Shown: positions 60,428 to 64,000 of the stretch, piece after piece
Position numbering within the stretch: position 1 is the first letter of the stretch
How the letters are laid out: each line of letters begins with the position of its first letter
From: TPA_inf: Saccharomyces
Taxonomy: Eukaryota
Assembly (NCBI GenBank): GCA_000146045.2
Contig: BK006936.2
Coordinates: 224,001-288,000, forward strand
Direction of reading: 5' to 3'
Length of the DNA: 64,000 nt
Notes under the pieces: generated by a model
What the model was told of the DNA's origin: nothing
Databases searched by the model: none
What the model saw: only the letters and a program-made list of their open reading frames with translations
Translations under genes and position numbers: made by a program

Positions 60428-63400
60428 CTATGCAACGAAGGAGTCACTTTCCTCCTTCCGATTGAGAATATCTTCCCTTTCAAATTCCCTCCATGTCCTC
60501 ATTTTAATCTTTGAGTGATCAAATTCACCTTCATTCTCGTCTTGTGCCTTTTTATTACCTCCCGCAATAGTTCTCGTATCACCCCATGAGAAGTCATCAA
60601 ATTTCCAGTACGCATATGAAGGTAGTACGAAATTCCAAATAGGCAAAGCACAAATATATACGCACATCCACCATAGGTACGACCATCTCGTAGCAGTTAT
60701 AACAACAATTAAGCCGGGCAGACCAAGAATAATTGCCAGTAAAACTAAAGTGATTACGGGTGTAGGTTTTGATACAATGGCAAAAATAATGACATAAATA
60801 GTAAAGCAAATGGCTAACGGCAGTACCATAGTACCAATCAATTCAATACCAATCACAAATTGCATGGAAAAACAGAAAGTGCCACATAAGTCTCTGATTA
60901 GAACTAATTCAAAAAGGTTATGTACCGTAGAATTAATCCATCTTCGACGCTGGGAAAGTAAGACTTTGAATTTATCAGGGGCAATAGTTTTACAAGCAGC
61001 TTTTGGAACAAATACTTGCTTTCTCTTAGGGAAAGTCTTTAACATTAATGAAGATAAAAATCTATCTTCACCAAGTAATAATAAGTTCTTCTTATGCAAA
61101 GTGTTTGTAACATTATCCGAATATCTTTCAACAATATCTGGATTTGCCAATACAGGTACCCAATAACCATCTGAACCTTTAGGAGATTTTATACGATACA
61201 TTGAGAAACATCCCGGCAAACAAGTTACCGAACCGAAGACAGATTCAAAAGCTTTAGCCTGATGATGCGAAATATAGTACTCAAACACTTGAATTGCAGT
61301 TACCCAAGATTGTGCCTTATTAGCGATCTTGGTCTCACCACAAAGACCCATAATCAAAGGATCTTTAACCATTTCAGCGACCATATGAGTTAAAGCATCG
61401 GGAAAGACTTTAGTATCAGCATCAACCATAAGTACCGTTTCGTAGAAGTCTGCCATTAGCCCCGTAATCTGCCAAATATTTTTTAAAAGCTGAAATTCCA
61501 ATTGAGTCATTCTTTCATCAAATGTTATTTTTTCTAAAAAGGACATCAGAATAATTTGAGAATCACGCTTACCTCTGTTACCGGGTTTGGCGGCCCCCTG
61601 CTCTGCAGGAGTACCGCACTTCACAATTGTAATGATTGGGACACGTTGTTGATTTTCTGGTGGAATTGTAGAATCGTCATATTTGTAAAAACCCGCATAT
61701 ATCTTGGCCATATTGTGTCTTTTAGAGCCTGATGCCACTGCCACATAGGAGTAAGGTTTAACTTCATCAGGTGGGGTGACAAAGTCGTCCATCATTCCTA
61801 ACGCTATCTCTGGAGTAGTCTTATCGTTGCCCGAGCCCTTAATTAAACCATCACAAACAACCATCAGTAGTTTATGGGAATTTGGATAATCTGTGGTAGA
61901 AAGAGAGTCTAAAGTGGTTCTTAAACCCTCTTCATCCTCAGAATAACAAGTAACAAAACAGATAGTATGAATCAATGGGAACCCGTATGGCATAAAATCC
62001 AGTGGTGGTTGTTGAACGATATCGGGATGTATAATCGTCGAATCAAGACTCTGAATCAGCGATGATCCTGGTACAGGAGAGGAAGTCGCTTTATTCCAAA
62101 ACATCGAGGATGTAGGCAACAAAGTAGATGGATTACGGGAATGTACAGCTTTGTTTTCATTCGAGAGTTTCCAAGCATTTTGAGTGGTCATTGTTGTCAT
62201 TCCTCTGTATGAACCAGAAGATTGTAGTGAACTGCTCATGGAGGTGTCTAGATCTATCACAGATTCGTTAAATTGAAACATTTTGGAGCTGTGTTTTTTC
62301 AGCAAGTCAAAGGTTGAAGCACGCTTGTGTCCCAACGACTTTTTTGAGTATTTCTTTGGCCTCAAATGAGGATCTACTTCCTTTAGAGGAGCTTTTGTTT
62401 GAATATTATTAGACCAATCCTCGATATCGTTTGTGTGTTTATCCATTGTTTTATTGTCCACGATATATGCACCTTGTTTCCTAGCTACAGTCCAACGGAA
62501 GTAGCAGGCAATTATGAATTTAATTATCACCACTGAAAGAATAAATACCAGAGAAACATACAAAACGACATCAGAGGCAATACAACCGACGGTTTTGGAG
62601 TCTACTTCACCAACTTTAATAATTTCGCTCAAACATCTCGCAATTTTTCTTTCATGCCCATTTGACAAAACCAACGAAAGATCATAACCTTGTAAATTTG
62701 AAGTCTTCAAGTCATCGAATACAACGGGATAGTCAACGTCATCCTTTTCCAACCAATCAAGAAGATCTAAATCCAAAACGTCGCCATTATAAACAATCAA
62801 GTTTCTAGAAGAGTTCTTTATACCATCCCAAGTGAAGTAAACATCAGCTTTCGACTTTAAACCGTAAAATGCGTCCCTATCTTCTTTAGACGTATGACAG
62901 TTCCATCCTGCGTAATTTTCAACTGTGAAGTTTGGCTTCGAAGAGCCATCTTGATTCTTTAACTTACAAGGAAAATACCATGCTAAATTATTATCATCGT
63001 CATGGGGAATGGAAGAATTACTCTTTGGAGTTATAAGGTTATGACAGTTACCATTCACATTTTGAAACAAGAACGAAGCATCTTTACCAGCATCTGACCA
63101 GGGCCCATAAAGGGTGTCTGAATCTACTTCAACGTCTTGTATACCGGAACGCGAGGAAGTATCCAATTCATAAGCCTTACCGTTAATTACGACAAATTCT
63201 GTTGATACTTCGTTGTTTTTCAAACGTAGTTTCGAACTACTACAAACGGTTTTAGTGAAACCAAAAGTCAGGAAAGCCACAATCGCACCAATGTACAAGA
63301 TGACAGAAATTAAAGCAACCTTTTCTCTCCACGCCATTTGTCTTTCCTTCTTTGGCATCCCGCAGAAAGCAAGAATTGGAGCAGGTGCCCAAAACGTAAT

Positions 63401-63925
63401 GAAATAACAGTACATCTGCCAAAATGACAATGTATCATTCGTTTCCTTTCTTAATGGTTTGATAGACTTATTTATGGGCTGCGTGGAGCTTTCTTCGAAA
63501 TTGTCCACATCACCATCTTTATCAAATTCGTCTTCCGCAACACCTTCATCACTTATTTTAACGGAAGCCTTCTTGTCAGTAGTATTCATATCTTGTAAAA
63601 GATAGCTATCCGTTTCGCGGCCACTAAATTTGCTTCTCACTGAGCCTTTGGAGCGCAGGGAGCCACTCCGACGAGTTGCATTTGGGTTTACACCGGTACT
63701 TGATGGTAAAACATCCAGGTGATTCATCTGCTCCTGCGTTTTCTGCGCATAATAAAAATGTGGATTATCAGGATTGTTCAGTCGGCTTCTTTCGGGCCGC
63801 ACTAAAGAGCCTTGTCTATGAGGTGCTCCTGAGCCGACACTGTGTCTTGACCTAAGTAGAGACTCTTCATCTTGATTAAGGTTCAGATAGTAGTCATCAG
63901 GATCATCTCCATTCAAGCCGGTCAT
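60428..63925 (-). CDS. CHS3: Chitin synthase III catalytic subunit CHS3 (1165 aa)
   Basis: GT2 chitin synthase motifs: QRRRW (…LLSQRRRWINST…), EDR (…LGEDRFLSS…), multi-TM C-terminal region. Confidence 0.95.
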   Translation of the reverse strand: MTGLNGDDPDDYYLNLNQDEESLLRSRHSVGSGAPHRQGSLVRPERSRLNNPDNPHFYYAQKTQEQMNHLDVLPSSTGVNPNATRRSGSLRSKGSVRSKFSGRETDSYLLQDMNTTDKKASVKISDEGVAEDEFDKDGDVDNFEESSTQPINKSIKPLRKETNDTLSFWQMYCYFITFWAPAPILAFCGMPKKERQMAWREKVALISVILYIGAIVAFLTFGFTKTVCSSSKLRLKNNEVSTEFVVINGKAYELDTSSRSGIQDVEVDSDTLYGPWSDAGKDASFLFQNVNGNCHNLITPKSNSSIPHDDDNNLAWYFPCKLKNQDGSSKPNFTVENYAGWNCHTSKEDRDAFYGLKSKADVYFTWDGIKNSSRNLIVYNGDVLDLDLLDWLEKDDVDYPVVFDDLKTSNLQGYDLSLVLSNGHERKIARCLSEIIKVGEVDSKTVGCIASDVVLYVSLVFILSVVIIKFIIACYFRWTVARKQGAYIVDNKTMDKHTNDIEDWSNNIQTKAPLKEVDPHLRPKKYSKKSLGHKRASTFDLLKKHSSKMFQFNESVIDLDTSMSSSLQSSGSYRGMTTMTTQNAWKLSNENKAVHSRNPSTLLPTSSMFWNKATSSPVPGSSLIQSLDSTIIHPDIVQQPPLDFMPYGFPLIHTICFVTCYSEDEEGLRTTLDSLSTTDYPNSHKLLMVVCDGLIKGSGNDKTTPEIALGMMDDFVTPPDEVKPYSYVAVASGSKRHNMAKIYAGFYKYDDSTIPPENQQRVPIITIVKCGTPAEQGAAKPGNRGKRDSQIILMSFLEKITFDERMTQLEFQLLKNIWQITGLMADFYETVLMVDADTKVFPDALTHMVAEMVKDPLIMGLCGETKIANKAQSWVTAIQVFEYYISHHQAKAFESVFGSVTCLPGCFSMYRIKSPKGSDGYWVPVLANPDIVERYSDNVTNTLHKKNLLLLGEDRFLSSLMLKTFPKRKQVFVPKAACKTIAPDKFKVLLSQRRRWINSTVHNLFELVLIRDLCGTFCFSMQFVIGIELIGTMVLPLAICFTIYVIIFAIVSKPTPVITLVLLAIILGLPGLIVVITATRWSYLWWMCVYICALPIWNFVLPSYAYWKFDDFSWGDTRTIAGGNKKAQDENEGEFDHSKIKMRTWREFEREDILNRKEESDSFVA

Positions 63926-64000
63926 TCTAATTTCTTTCCTGCGGATAGTCTAAACAGGACCTTTGAAGAAAATGGGACCTACACCAAAAATACTCGAGAA

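Overview
This window looks like the pericentromeric region of Saccharomyces cerevisiae chromosome II. It matches my recollection of S288C from about 224 to 288 kb, with CEN2 near window position 14.2 kb; I cannot verify coordinates or per-base identity to the reference from here. Reading left to right:
- the 3' part of a Ty1 element, truncated at the window edge
- tRNA-Ser(AGA)
- UTP20
- the divergent HTA2-HTB2 histone pair
- ECM15
- the point centromere (CDEI/II/III)
- NTH2, RER2, COQ1, GPI18, RCR1, UGA2, DSF2, FLR1
- the divergent HHF1-HHT1 histone pair, with the H4 ARS consensus just 3' of HHF1
- IPP1
- a diverged solo delta, then a full-length Ty1 with a GTAAT target-site duplication
- YBR013C, tRNA-Thr(AGU), GRX7, MNN2, YBR016W, KAP104
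- the GAL7-GAL10-GAL1 cluster with its Gal4 sites
- FUR4, POA1, CHS3

Every large ORF is a protein I recognise, so I see no evidence of an uncharacterised multi-gene system.

The most interesting structural observation is that the full-length Ty1 sits exactly in frame between YBR013C and YBR012C. Removing the element plus one copy of the target-site duplication rebuilds a single ORF of about 270 codons. The stop codon of YBR013C is supplied by the last three bases of the Ty1 LTR.

Other points worth a second look:
- two same-orientation Ty1 copies bracket the centromere
- there are two LTR sequence classes
- the variable TYB patch carries compensating indels
- a quasi-palindromic pair of delta fragments lies upstream of tRNA-Thr
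- several coding and non-coding simple repeats are present

Several ORF-track starts (COQ1, GAL7, IPP1, YBR016W, YBR012C) are N-terminal over-extensions, and I trimmed them to the known ATG.
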